Source of the DNA: Halosimplex carlsbadense 2-9-1
Lineage (GTDB): Archaea; Halobacteriota; Halobacteria; Halobacteriales; Haloarculaceae
Length of the DNA: 40,000 bases
Assembly (NCBI RefSeq): GCF_000337455.1
Contig: NZ_AOIU01000031.1
Coordinates: 20,872 to 60,871 of the forward strand
Direction of reading: 5' to 3'
Both the position numbers and the translations under genes were made by a program. The notes beneath the pieces are model-generated. The model worked only from the letters and a program-made list of their open reading frames with translations. It did not search any database and was not told the origin of the DNA. The number at the start of each line of letters is the position of its first letter. Within the stretch, counting starts at the first letter, position 1. This document shows, one piece after another, positions 27,905-36,444 of the stretch.

Positions 27905-28672
27905 ATGCAGGGACAATCGCAACAGCAGGCGTACGACCGTGGGATCACGATCTTCTCGCCGGACGGTCGGCTCTACCAGGTCGAGTACGCCCGCGAAGCC
28001 GTCAAGCGCGGCACGGCGAGCATCGGTGTACGAACAGCTGACGGCGTCGTGCTGGCGGTGGACAAGCGCATCCGCTCGCCGCTGATGGAGCGTTCCAGCG
28101 TCGAGAAGATCCACAAGGCCGACGACCACATCGGCATCGCCAGCGCCGGCCACGTCGCCGACGCGCGCCAGCTCATCGACTTCGCGCGCCGCCAGGCGCA
28201 GGTCAACCAGCTGCGCTACGGCGAGCCCATCGGCGTCGAGACCCTCACCAAGGCCGTCACCGACCACATCCAGCAGTACACGCAGGTCGGCGGCGCCCGC
28301 CCGTTCGGCGTTGCCCTCATCATCGGCGGCATCGCCAACGGCGAGCCCCGCCTCTACGAGACCGACCCCTCGGGGACGCCCTACGAGTGGAAGGCGCTCG
28401 CTGTCGGTGCCGACCGCGGCGACATCCGCGAGTACCTCGAGGACAACTACGACGAGGAGATGGACCTGGACGGCGGCGTCGGCCTCGCGCTGGAGGCGCT
28501 CGCGTCGGTCAACGACGGCGAGCTCTCGCCGGAGGGCATCGGCATCGCCACCATCAGCGTCGACGACGAGCAGTTCTCCGAGATGAGCGACGCCGAGAAG
28601 GAGTCCCACCTCGACGAGCTCGACCTGCTGGCCGTCGAAGACGAAGACGACGACGAAACCGACGAGGAGTAA
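27905..28672 (+). CDS. psmA: proteasome subunit alpha
   Basis: ORF 27905..28672. MQGQSQQQAYDRGITIFSPDGRLYQVEYAREAVKRGTASIGV is the canonical alpha-subunit N-terminus. Acidic tail. Confidence 0.95.
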   Translation: MQGQSQQQAYDRGITIFSPDGRLYQVEYAREAVKRGTASIGVRTADGVVLAVDKRIRSPLMERSSVEKIHKADDHIGIASAGHVADARQLIDFARRQAQVNQLRYGEPIGVETLTKAVTDHIQQYTQVGGARPFGVALIIGGIANGEPRLYETDPSGTPYEWKALAVGADRGDIREYLEDNYDEEMDLDGGVGLALEALASVNDGELSPEGIGIATISVDDEQFSEMSDAEKESHLDELDLLAVEDEDDDETDEE

Positions 28673-28763
28673 CGCCGCCCCGAGCGGCCGCGGTCCCTCG
28701 TCGCGATGGACCGCGGGTTCGCCTGCCGGCGTGACCGCTTCCGTGCGGTCGGCGCCCACACAC

Positions 28764-28770
28764 CTTTTTA
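28764..28770 (+). promoter_or_regulatory. TATA-like box for SBDS gene
   Basis: cttttta is centred 27 nt upstream of ATG 28794. Confidence 0.45.
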
Positions 28771-28793
28771 CCCACACGGTGTTACCTCCGGGT

Positions 28794-29519
28794 ATGATAT
28801 CGCTCGACGAGGCCGTGACGGCGCGTCTGGAGTCCCACGGCGAGCGCTTCGAAGTGCTCGTCGAACCCGACGCCGCCCTCGCTATGAAGCGCGGCGAGTT
28901 CGACGGCGAACTGGAGGACGTGATCGCCGCCGAGGACGTGTTCGAGAACGCCTCCCGCGGGGACCGCCCGCCGGAGGACGCGCTCGAAGAGGTGTTCGGC
29001 ACCACCGACCCCCTGGAGATCATCCCCGAAGTCGTCGACCGCGGGGAGATCCAGATCACCGCCGAACAGCGCAAGGAGATGCAAGAGCGCAAGTACCGGG
29101 ACCTGGTCAACCGCATCACGCGCAACGCGGTCAACCCCCAGATGGACGACGCGCCCCACCCGCCCGACCGCATCGAGAGCGCGCTGGAACAGGCCGACTT
29201 CAAGGTCGACCCGATGGAACCCGTCGAGAACCAGGTCGACGACGCCCTCGACGCGCTGCGACCGGTGATCCCCATCCGCTTCGATACGGTGAAGGTCGCC
29301 GCCCAACTGCCCGCCGACTACGCCGGGAGCGGCCAGGCGCAGGTCCGCGAGTTCGGCGACCTCGAACGCGAGGAGTGGCAGCCCGACGGCTCCTGGGTCG
29401 GCGTCGTCGAGTTCCCCGCGGGGATGCAGAACGACTTCTACGACCTCGTCAACGAGGTCTCCAGCGGCGAGGCCGAGACCCGTATCCTCAAAGACGAGGA
29501 CGACCTCGACACCCGGTAG
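28794..29519 (+). CDS. ribosome maturation protein SBDS/Sdo1
   Basis: Inside ORF 28731..29519. MISLDEAVTARLESHGERFEVLVEPDAALAMKRGE... Typical SBDS N-terminal FYSH domain and superoperon position. Confidence 0.9.
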   Translation: MISLDEAVTARLESHGERFEVLVEPDAALAMKRGEFDGELEDVIAAEDVFENASRGDRPPEDALEEVFGTTDPLEIIPEVVDRGEIQITAEQRKEMQERKYRDLVNRITRNAVNPQMDDAPHPPDRIESALEQADFKVDPMEPVENQVDDALDALRPVIPIRFDTVKVAAQLPADYAGSGQAQVREFGDLEREEWQPDGSWVGVVEFPAGMQNDFYDLVNEVSSGEAETRILKDEDDLDTR

Positions 29520-29564
29520 GCCCGCGACAGGCGCCCGATACCGGGAGACCTTCGACCGCCGGGA

Positions 29565-29578
29565 ACCGACCGGTCGGT
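29565..29578. promoter_or_regulatory. perfect 14-bp palindrome in SBDS/Zn-finger intergenic region
   Basis: accgaccggtcggt, read directly. It is flanked by ggaac/gttcc. Related half-sites accgac(c)g recur near 29623 and 29644. Confidence 0.3.
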
Positions 29579-29710
29579 CAGTTCCGGCGATCGCAGGACG
29601 GCGGCGGTTCTGGAGAGTTGGTCACCGACGGTTGTGCGAGATTACCGACCGCCGTCCGGCGGTCACGGCCGCCCTGTGAGCGGTTCCCGGGCACGTGAAC
29701 GTTCCGGTGT

Positions 29711-29720
29711 TGATATATGG
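29711..29720 (+). promoter_or_regulatory. TATA box for zinc-finger gene
   Basis: tgatatatgg is centred 27 nt upstream of ATG 29742. Confidence 0.5.
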
Positions 29721-29741
29721 GACGATGTCGAACTTCCGAAT

Positions 29742-29981
29742 ATGACTAACGTCTGCCGCAACTGCAAACGCACGTTCAGTACGGAACTCGAACTCGAACT
29801 CCACCGGGACACGTGCTCGCAGGGCGATCTGTTCTGCGACGAGTGCGGCGAGCGGTTCGCGGAGCGGACGGCCACGGAGGACGGCTGGCACTATCGATGC
29901 CCCAGCGACGACTGCGACGGCGAGGGGATGGGCGAGGACATCCACAAGGTCAGCAACGTACGACTCGAAAAGTCGGTCTGA
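29742..29981 (+). CDS. small zinc-finger protein (C2H2-like plus zinc-ribbon cysteines)
   Basis: Inside ORF 29634..29981. MTNVCRNCKRTFSTELELELHRDTCSQGDLFCDECGERFAERTATEDGWHYRCPSDDCDG: CxxC...HxxxC, then CxxC...CxxxxC. Confidence 0.65.
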   Translation: MTNVCRNCKRTFSTELELELHRDTCSQGDLFCDECGERFAERTATEDGWHYRCPSDDCDGEGMGEDIHKVSNVRLEKSV

Positions 29982-30014
29982 CGACGACTGCGATCGTCCG
30001 GTTCCCGAACAGTG

Positions 30015-30449
30015 CTATCTCGTCGGTAGGTCCTCGTTTTCCGCGATAGTCGCGATCCGGTCGAGCGCGCGCCGGCAGACGATGGCGTAGCCGCCCGCGA
30101 GCAGCGGGATCTCGAAAGCGACTCGCGAGCGGTCCTCGCCCAGCGGCGTGACCGCGTGGCCGGTCGCCGGGATCTCCGCCACGCGCCACGTCCAGCGGTA
30201 GTCTCCACAGGTGTCGACCTCGAAGGGGACCCACGGACCGCCGGCGACCTGCACCTCGCCCCGCGACCCGGATTCGATGTATCGGTCGCCCGAGCGGACC
30301 GCGCTGACGCTCGGGCCCCACTCGGGCCACTGTTCGGTGTCGGTCAGAACCGTCCAGACGGCGTCGGCACCCGCGTCGACGACGCGGTCGACCACGAGGC
30401 GTCGTCCGTTGGGGGTCCGCTCGATCTGCGGCAGCGAAGCCATGTGCAT
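30015..30449 (-). CDS. SRPBCC (START/polyketide cyclase-like) family protein
   Basis: ORF 30015..30449 (-). VDAGADAVWTVLTDTEQWPEWGPSVSAV is the typical SRPBCC N-terminal pattern. Confidence 0.75.
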   Translation of the reverse strand: MHMASLPQIERTPNGRRLVVDRVVDAGADAVWTVLTDTEQWPEWGPSVSAVRSGDRYIESGSRGEVQVAGGPWVPFEVDTCGDYRWTWRVAEIPATGHAVTPLGEDRSRVAFEIPLLAGGYAIVCRRALDRIATIAENEDLPTR

Positions 30450-30521
30450 CCGTTGGGGCTGCTCGGTCTTGGGTGTCGGGGCGGAGTCGGTCGCGGCCGG
30501 TCCGGCGCTGGCGCACCGCTG

Positions 30522-31163
30522 TCAGGGGATCTCGCTGACCGCCCGCCGGAGGTCGCGCTCGTTGCCCCAGCGGACGACCCGCTCACCCGCGGCGCGTTCG
30601 AGCGCGGCGAGATGGGCGGCGGCCATCCCGTTGTCGTAGCGCTCGCGCCGGCGCTCGTCGGTCTCGTATGTGCGTTTCAGCAGCCAGAGCACGTCTCTGA
30701 CCCGGCTCTGTTCGTGATAGAGGTAGCCGAGTTCCCAGACGTGGCCGCCGTCGTAGTCTTCGAGGACGCCGACGACGTGCGTGGCCTGCTCGCAGAGGAT
30801 CTCGAAGGCGGGCGCCCACAGGTCGATCTCGCCGCCGGAGAGCCCGAAGTCCTCCAGCATGAACGCCGTCGCCTCGCGGCGGTCGTCGAGCAGGTCCCGC
30901 ACGCGCCGCCGACGCTGACCGGGCCCGTCATCGCCCCCGCGGCCGACGATCAGATACCGGCGGTCGCTGTACTGGATGTCGTTCAGCCGGTCGCCGTGGA
31001 GGTGCGTCTTCAGTCGCTCGTGCTGTCGTGGGGTGAAGGTCAGCGACTCCGGGCTCGCGTCCACGAGTTCGTCGCCGTCGACGCCCACGACGTACTCGGT
31101 TGGCTCCCCCGCTTCGTCCCCGTCGCCGTCGTCCCCCGACGCCCCCTCGTCGCTGTCGACCAT
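30522..31163 (-). CDS. hypothetical protein with nucleoside 2-deoxyribosyltransferase-like (NDT/Rcl-type) core motif
   Basis: ORF 30522..31163 (-). Acidic N-terminus. YLIVGRGG strand. VGVLEDYDGGHVWELGYLY resembles the DxxDxGxxxELGYA catalytic-Glu motif of the NDT superfamily, recalled from Lactobacillus NDT (...DEEDVGLGMELGYA...). The CDS is confident. The family call is tentative. Confidence 0.55.
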   Translation of the reverse strand: MVDSDEGASGDDGDGDEAGEPTEYVVGVDGDELVDASPESLTFTPRQHERLKTHLHGDRLNDIQYSDRRYLIVGRGGDDGPGQRRRRVRDLLDDRREATAFMLEDFGLSGGEIDLWAPAFEILCEQATHVVGVLEDYDGGHVWELGYLYHEQSRVRDVLWLLKRTYETDERRRERYDNGMAAAHLAALERAAGERVVRWGNERDLRRAVSEIP

Positions 31164-31268
31164 GCCGGCTCGACTCCCGGCGGTGGCAAGTGTCTTCCGA
31201 CTGGTGTAGGAACGGTCGTGTAATCATTCGACAACCGGTAGAGAAACACTCGTACTCAGCGTCCAAGT

Positions 31269-31276
31269 GTTTATCA
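31269..31276 (+). promoter_or_regulatory. TATA-like box for wHTH gene
   Basis: gtttatca is centred about 27 nt upstream of ATG 31300. Confidence 0.45.
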
Positions 31277-31299
31277 CGGCCGGGGCCATACGTGGAGAT

Positions 31300-31722
31300 A
31301 TGCGACCCGACACGGCCGAACCCGGCGGGGACGAGGCGACCGAGGGGTTCGATCCCTGGCTCGCGCTCCAGCGGGTCACCGACTCGACGCGGGCCAACAT
31401 CGTCGCGGACGTGGTCGGCCACCCGAAGGGCGCGCCCAGCGTCGACGAACTGGCCTACACGAACCCGAGCCTCGAAGCCGACACCATCCGCAATCACCTG
31501 AAAGTGCTCGTCGAGGCGGGGGTCGTCGAGGAGCTGACCGTGCCGGCGGGCCAGCGGACGCGGGGCTACCCCTACAAGTTCTACCGGGTGACGGCGGACG
31601 CTCGTGAGCTGTTCGACCGCAACGGGCTGTTCCCCGCCGAGGCGTGGCGGCGGCAGTACGACCGCGTCGAGAAGACCGCCGAAATTCGTGAGTTGGAAGC
31701 GATGCCCCGTCCCGAGGCGTGA
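31300..31722 (+). CDS. winged-helix (ArsR/PadR-like) transcriptional regulator
   Basis: Inside ORF 31267..31722. ATG 31300 (MRPDTAEPGG). RANIVADVVGHPKGAPSVDELAYTNPSLEADTIRNHLKVLVEAGVVEE...YKFYRVT is a wHTH with wing. Confidence 0.7.
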   Translation: MRPDTAEPGGDEATEGFDPWLALQRVTDSTRANIVADVVGHPKGAPSVDELAYTNPSLEADTIRNHLKVLVEAGVVEELTVPAGQRTRGYPYKFYRVTADARELFDRNGLFPAEAWRRQYDRVEKTAEIRELEAMPRPEA

Positions 31723-32100
31723 GTCGTCGTAGTGGTACCCGAAATCGACCGCTGAAAGCCCTCGGCCCGCTCGCTCGCAATTGGTTCTACCGCAGAAGAC
31801 AGCAAGCGACGAAAGCCCTCGGCCCGCTCGCGGTCGCTGAGCGACATATCCTCGCTCGCAGGCTCGCTCAGATAGAGGTCACTCAGGCGACTGAACTACG
31901 CGCGAGCGACCCTCGCCCTTTCAGTCCGCCAGGAAAATCGCCCCGCACAGCACCGCAGACTGCCACATTCCACCCCAACCGATTTCGCTCCTCGCTCACT
32001 TCGTTCGCTTCGGTGCTCATCCCTCGCACGGCTCCGTCGCGCGCATGAAAGCGCGCTCCAGCGCGCGCCACTCCGCCTGTTGGGTAGCTGTTCAGTGTAA
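31723..32100. repeat. copy B of the palindrome-rich intergenic element
   Basis: Non-coding. It has a perfect 21-bp direct repeat gaaagccctcggcccgctcgc at 31754-31774 and 31811-31831. The 21-mer gccccgcacagcaccgcagac (31940-31960) is identical to 23560-23580. The terminal block agcgcgcgcca...ctccgcc (32060-32077) matches 23732-23759. Confidence 0.6.
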
Positions 32101-32179
32101 CCTATCCCCATCGACCGATACCCAGATCCGATAACGGGGGACGAACCTATACAATCCCCCACCCGCAAAGGTCGGTCGA

Positions 32180-33079
32180 ATGATCACGGCCCGCGACCTG
32201 CGAAAGGAGTACGGCGGCTTCGTCGCGGTGGAAGGGAGCACGTTCACGGTCGAGGAGGGCGAGGTCTTCGGCATCATCGGCCCGAACGGGGCCGGCAAGA
32301 CGACGACCCTGAAGATGCTCGCCGGCCTCGTCGAACCGACCGACGGCGACGTATCCGTCGCCGGCTACGACGCCGGTGAGACCGAGATGCGCCAGCGCCT
32401 GGGCTTTCTCCCCGAGGAGTCGCCGCTGTACGAGGAGATGACGCCCGTCTCGTATCTGCACTTCTTCGCGGACCTGTATGACGTGCCCGAGGGCGTGGCG
32501 GACCGGCGCATCCACGACACGCTCGAACGGCTCGAGCTCGACCACCGCGACCGGCCGCTGGGCGACATGTCCAAGGGGATGAAACGGAAGGTCGCCATCG
32601 CGCGGTCGCTCATCAACGATCCCGACGTGCTGATCTACGACGAACCCGGCAGCGGGCTGGACCCGCTGACGACGAACTACATCATCGACTTCACGCGCGA
32701 ACTCGGCGAACAGGGCAAGACCATCGTCTTCAGCGCCCACAACCTCTATCACGTCGAGAGCATCTGCGACCGCGTCGCCATCATGAACGAGGGCCGTATC
32801 GTCGCGAAGGGCGACCTCGACGAACTCCAGGCGGAGTACGGTCAGACGGAGTACCACGTCTACACGACGGTCGAGGTGCCCGAGAGCGCCCGCGACAACG
32901 GCTATCACCGACGCGTCGTCGAGAGCATGGACGCCGTCGACGAGACGCGCGAGGCCGCCCAGGCCGCGGGCGGCGAGGTCGTCGACATCCGGACGGAGGA
33001 GTCGAGTCTCGAAGAGGTGTTCCTCAACGTCGCCGAGTCCGACCCCGAGGCCGAGCGGACCTCGGGGCCGCGAGCGTGA
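32180..33079 (+). CDS. ABC transporter ATP-binding protein
   Basis: ORF 32180..33079. Walker A GPNGAGKTT, signature MSKGMKRKV, Walker B VLIYDEPGSGLD. Confidence 0.9.
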   Translation: MITARDLRKEYGGFVAVEGSTFTVEEGEVFGIIGPNGAGKTTTLKMLAGLVEPTDGDVSVAGYDAGETEMRQRLGFLPEESPLYEEMTPVSYLHFFADLYDVPEGVADRRIHDTLERLELDHRDRPLGDMSKGMKRKVAIARSLINDPDVLIYDEPGSGLDPLTTNYIIDFTRELGEQGKTIVFSAHNLYHVESICDRVAIMNEGRIVAKGDLDELQAEYGQTEYHVYTTVEVPESARDNGYHRRVVESMDAVDETREAAQAAGGEVVDIRTEESSLEEVFLNVAESDPEAERTSGPRA

Positions 33080-35184
33080 GCGGCCCGCCGCCCGTCGGCG
33101 GGGACGACCGTTCCCGCCGGGAGTCACAGATAGGGAGCGATGCGTCGGCCACCCAGCGGTTCGTCCGCTGGGTCCGCACGCGCGTCGAGAACGTCGCCCG
33201 GATCGCCCGCTGGGAGGTGACGAAAAACGCCGGGGGCGTCGACCGGCGGACCGTCGTCGTCGCGCTGCTGGCCGTCCTCGGACTCGGCGCGATGGCGCCC
33301 GTCGCGGTGAGCCAGGGCGTCGCGCTCGACCAAGGCATCTACCGGGTCGGCGTCGTCGAGGAGGACCCGCTGTACGACCCGGTGTCGCTCGACCCGACCT
33401 TCCGGGTGCAAGACCCGAGCGAGTCGGCCGTCGGGGCGGGCGACCAGGAGGTGCTGGTCGTCGGGCCGCGAGTCAGCCAATACGCCGACTCCACCAAGGG
33501 ACGGGCGGCGGTCGCGGAGCTGCGGTCGACCGTCCAGCGGTACAACGACGGGATCATGGACGGCGATGACAACCAGTCGGCCGCGTTCCCCGTACTCGTG
33601 AACCTGACCTACGTCGAGCGCGAATCACAGCAGGTTGCGGTCTCGCAGACCAGAACCGTCCCGATCCAGACCGACGAAGGCGGGACCGGAAGTGGCGACG
33701 GGACCGCCGGTGACGGCGGAAGCGGCGGTGGCGGCGAGGATACCGGTGGCGCGGCCGGGAGCGACGGTGGCACCGGTGGCGGTTCGAGCGACGGAGCGGG
33801 CGCCGGATCCGGTGACGGCGGAAGCGGCGGTGACGGCGAAGGGACGAGTGCCGGAACCGGGAGCGACGGTGGCACCGGCGACGGAGCGGGCGGTGGCGAC
33901 GGGAGCGGCGACGTGACCACTCCGAGCGAGGGGTCCAACGTCGCCGGGTCGAGCATCGGCGCGCGACTGACCGGCGGGAGCGCCACCGGCGCGCCCTCTG
34001 ACATCGCGCCGCCGTTCCCGTTCCAGTCGCTCGTACTCGCGTTCGTGTTCGTCCTGCCGCTGAACTTCGTCATCCAAGCCTACGGCTCGACGATCCTGAG
34101 CGAGCGGATCAACCGTCGCGGGGAACTCCTGCTGGTCGCGCCCGTCTCTCGCGGGGACATCATCGTCGGCAAGACGCTGCCGTACTTCGCGGCCGCCGTC
34201 GCCGTCGCGGCGGGGATCACGCTCGTCCTTCAGGTCGGGCTCGGACTCGGCGGCTCGGCGATCTCCGTCCTCGCCGTCGTCCCGCTCGCCATGCTGTTCC
34301 TCGCCGCCACCTTCCTCGGCGCGATGTTCGCGCGGTCGTTCAAGGAGCTGACCTTCGTCACCGTGACGATCACCGTCTCGCTCACCTCCTACGCGTTCGT
34401 CCCGGCGATCTTCACGGACGTGACGCCCATCGCGCTCATCTCGCCGCTGACGCTCGTCGTCCGGGACCTGCAGGGCCAGGCGGTCGGCCTCGGCCAGTTC
34501 GTCTTCTCGACGCTGCCGCCGACGCTGACGGCGCTGGTCTGTTTCGGGCTGGGCGCCGGGCTCTACCGCGAGGAGGATATGTTCACCCAGCGGCCGATCC
34601 CCTACAAGGTGCTCGACGCGCTGGCGGGGCCGATCGAACGCCGCCGGAGCGTCGCGCTCGTGACCGCCGTCCTCCTGCCGTTCGTCCTCGTGGCGGAACT
34701 GGTGGTCGCGGCGTTCGCGTACCCGCTCTGGCAGGCGGAGATCCCGGTCGGGGCCATCGTCGTCGCGGTCCTGATCGGGCTCGCGGTCGTCGAGGAGCTG
34801 GCCAAGAGCCTGCACGTCTACGCCGGCTACGCCCACTCGCTGTTCGACGACCGGCTGCGGACGGCGCTGGTCGTCGGCGCCTTCAGCGGTCTGGGCTTTT
34901 TCCTCGCCGAGAAGCTCACGCTGATCGTCCGCCTCGCCGACCTGCAGACGCTGCCCGTAGGTCAGACCCTCGTGGGCGAGCAGGCGGCCGTCGGGACGGG
35001 CGTCCCGCTCGCGATACTGCTCGTCGCGCTCCTGCTTGCGCCGCTGGCGCTGCACGTCGTCACCGCGTCGATCTCCGCGCTCGGCGCCAGACGCGGCCGG
35101 CGCTCGTACGTCATAGCGCTGGTGGTCGCCGTCGCGGTTCACGTCGCCTACAACCTCACGGTGGTGAGTGCCCTTGTCGGGTGA
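33076..35184 (+). CDS. ABC-2-type permease fused to a PrsW/CPBP-like intramembrane protease module
   Basis: ORF 33076..35184 with a GTGA overlap to the ATPase gene. Order of parts: N-terminal TM; large outside loop; Gly/Asp/Ser/Thr low-complexity insert; ABC-2 permease helices; then a C-terminal module with VVEELAKSL (EExxK) and AVHVAYN (HxxxN) motifs. Confidence 0.75.
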   Translation: MSGPPPVGGDDRSRRESQIGSDASATQRFVRWVRTRVENVARIARWEVTKNAGGVDRRTVVVALLAVLGLGAMAPVAVSQGVALDQGIYRVGVVEEDPLYDPVSLDPTFRVQDPSESAVGAGDQEVLVVGPRVSQYADSTKGRAAVAELRSTVQRYNDGIMDGDDNQSAAFPVLVNLTYVERESQQVAVSQTRTVPIQTDEGGTGSGDGTAGDGGSGGGGEDTGGAAGSDGGTGGGSSDGAGAGSGDGGSGGDGEGTSAGTGSDGGTGDGAGGGDGSGDVTTPSEGSNVAGSSIGARLTGGSATGAPSDIAPPFPFQSLVLAFVFVLPLNFVIQAYGSTILSERINRRGELLLVAPVSRGDIIVGKTLPYFAAAVAVAAGITLVLQVGLGLGGSAISVLAVVPLAMLFLAATFLGAMFARSFKELTFVTVTITVSLTSYAFVPAIFTDVTPIALISPLTLVVRDLQGQAVGLGQFVFSTLPPTLTALVCFGLGAGLYREEDMFTQRPIPYKVLDALAGPIERRRSVALVTAVLLPFVLVAELVVAAFAYPLWQAEIPVGAIVVAVLIGLAVVEELAKSLHVYAGYAHSLFDDRLRTALVVGAFSGLGFFLAEKLTLIVRLADLQTLPVGQTLVGEQAAVGTGVPLAILLVALLLAPLALHVVTASISALGARRGRRSYVIALVVAVAVHVAYNLTVVSALVG
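33709..33912 (+). repeat. 102-bp (34-codon) tandem duplication inside the Gly-rich linker
   Basis: The perfect 22-mer ggtgacggcggaagcggcggtg occurs at 33709 and 33811. The perfect 20-mer gggagcgacggtggcaccgg occurs at 33757 and 33859. Both pairs are offset by exactly 102 bp. Confidence 0.75.
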
Positions 35185-36343
35185 TTCGTCGCCCGCGCCC
35201 CAGCCGGGGTCGACGGCCGCCGAGTCGGGGGACGGACCGAACGGCGATGCCAGCGGACCGAGCGACGGCGGCGGGTCCTCCGAGCGGTCGCTGCTCGCCG
35301 ACCCACGACTCACGATCGCCAAGCGGGACTTGGCGTCGCTCAGAAGCGAGAAGACGATCGTTCTCGCACTGCTGATCCAGCTGTTCGTCGCTGCGTTCTC
35401 GTCGTTCCTCGTCGTCGGGCTCACGTCGCTGTACAGTCCCGGATCCGTGTCGGCGGGCGAGGTGGTCGTCGGTGTCGCCGGCGAACACGACGACGCGCTG
35501 GTCCGGGCGGCCGAGAACCAGCAGGGGGTTCGCGCGGTCGTCTATCCGAACCCCGAGGCCGCCCGCGAGGCCTACCACGACGGGAACGTCCACGCGACGC
35601 TGCTCGCCGGCGACTCGGCCGGGCGGATCGGGGTGGAGGTGATCGCGCCGACCGGGAGCATCGAGACGACGCTGATCGTCGACCAGGTGCGCACGCTGCT
35701 GGAGTCCGTCGAGCGCACCGAGCGGATCGCCCGCACGGACCACCTCGACACCCCTCCGGTCCCGCTGCCCGAGAACGTGGACGCCAGCCCCTACTTCGGG
35801 TTCACCTACACGGTGCTCGTCCCGCTGCTCCTCTTTCTCCCGCCGTTCATCAGCGGGTCGGTCGCCGTCGACGCGCTGACCGAGGAGATCGAGCGCGGGA
35901 CGCTGGAACTCCTGCGGGTCGCGCCGCTGTCGCTGGTCGACATCGTCGACGGCAAAGCCCTGGCGATGGTGCTCATCGCGCCCGCCCAGGCCGTGCTGTG
36001 GATCGCGCTGTTGAGCACCAACGGCATCGGCGTCGCGAACGTCCCGCAGATCCTGCTCGTCGTGACCGCGCTGACGACGCTGGTGGTCACGCTGGGGCTC
36101 TCGCTGGGCGTCCTCACTGCCAAGCGCCGGCAGGCACAGCTGCTGTACTCGGTGCTCGTGATCTTCGGGTTCGGTCTGCTGACGTTCGCCCCCGAACACC
36201 CGGCGACGACCGTCGCGAAACTCGCCGTCGACAGCCCGACCACGACGACGACGCTCCACGTCGCCGCCTACGCCGTCGCGGCGGTCGTCCTGTTCGTCGG
36301 CGCCCGCAGGCTCGTCGCCCGGACCGACCCCGAAGGGCTCTGA
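35168..36343 (+). CDS. ABC-2-type transporter permease
   Basis: ORF 35168..36343 (GTG, 17-nt overlap with the upstream gene). N-terminal TM, large outside loop, then five to six helices with LELLRVAPLS, typical of ABC-2/NatB-like permeases. Confidence 0.75.
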   Translation: MPLSGDSSPAPQPGSTAAESGDGPNGDASGPSDGGGSSERSLLADPRLTIAKRDLASLRSEKTIVLALLIQLFVAAFSSFLVVGLTSLYSPGSVSAGEVVVGVAGEHDDALVRAAENQQGVRAVVYPNPEAAREAYHDGNVHATLLAGDSAGRIGVEVIAPTGSIETTLIVDQVRTLLESVERTERIARTDHLDTPPVPLPENVDASPYFGFTYTVLVPLLLFLPPFISGSVAVDALTEEIERGTLELLRVAPLSLVDIVDGKALAMVLIAPAQAVLWIALLSTNGIGVANVPQILLVVTALTTLVVTLGLSLGVLTAKRRQAQLLYSVLVIFGFGLLTFAPEHPATTVAKLAVDSPTTTTTLHVAAYAVAAVVLFVGARRLVARTDPEGL

Positions 36344-36413
36344 GCCGTCGACGGCGACGGCCTCCGCTCGACGCCGGAGCGCACAGAGCCGGCGACAGCA
36401 CCCGGGGAACGCA

Positions 36414-36421
36414 CCTTTTTG
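36414..36421 (+). promoter_or_regulatory. TATA-like box for aldo/keto reductase gene
   Basis: cctttttg is centred about 27 nt upstream of ATG 36445. Confidence 0.45.
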
Positions 36422-36444
36422 CGCCGCGCGGCCCACCGGTGAGC

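Noticed and set aside
27464-29275. 603-aa minus-strand ORF opposite psmA and SBDS
   Set aside because: Ser/Ala/Arg-rich shadow frame. psmA and SBDS are unambiguous on the plus strand.
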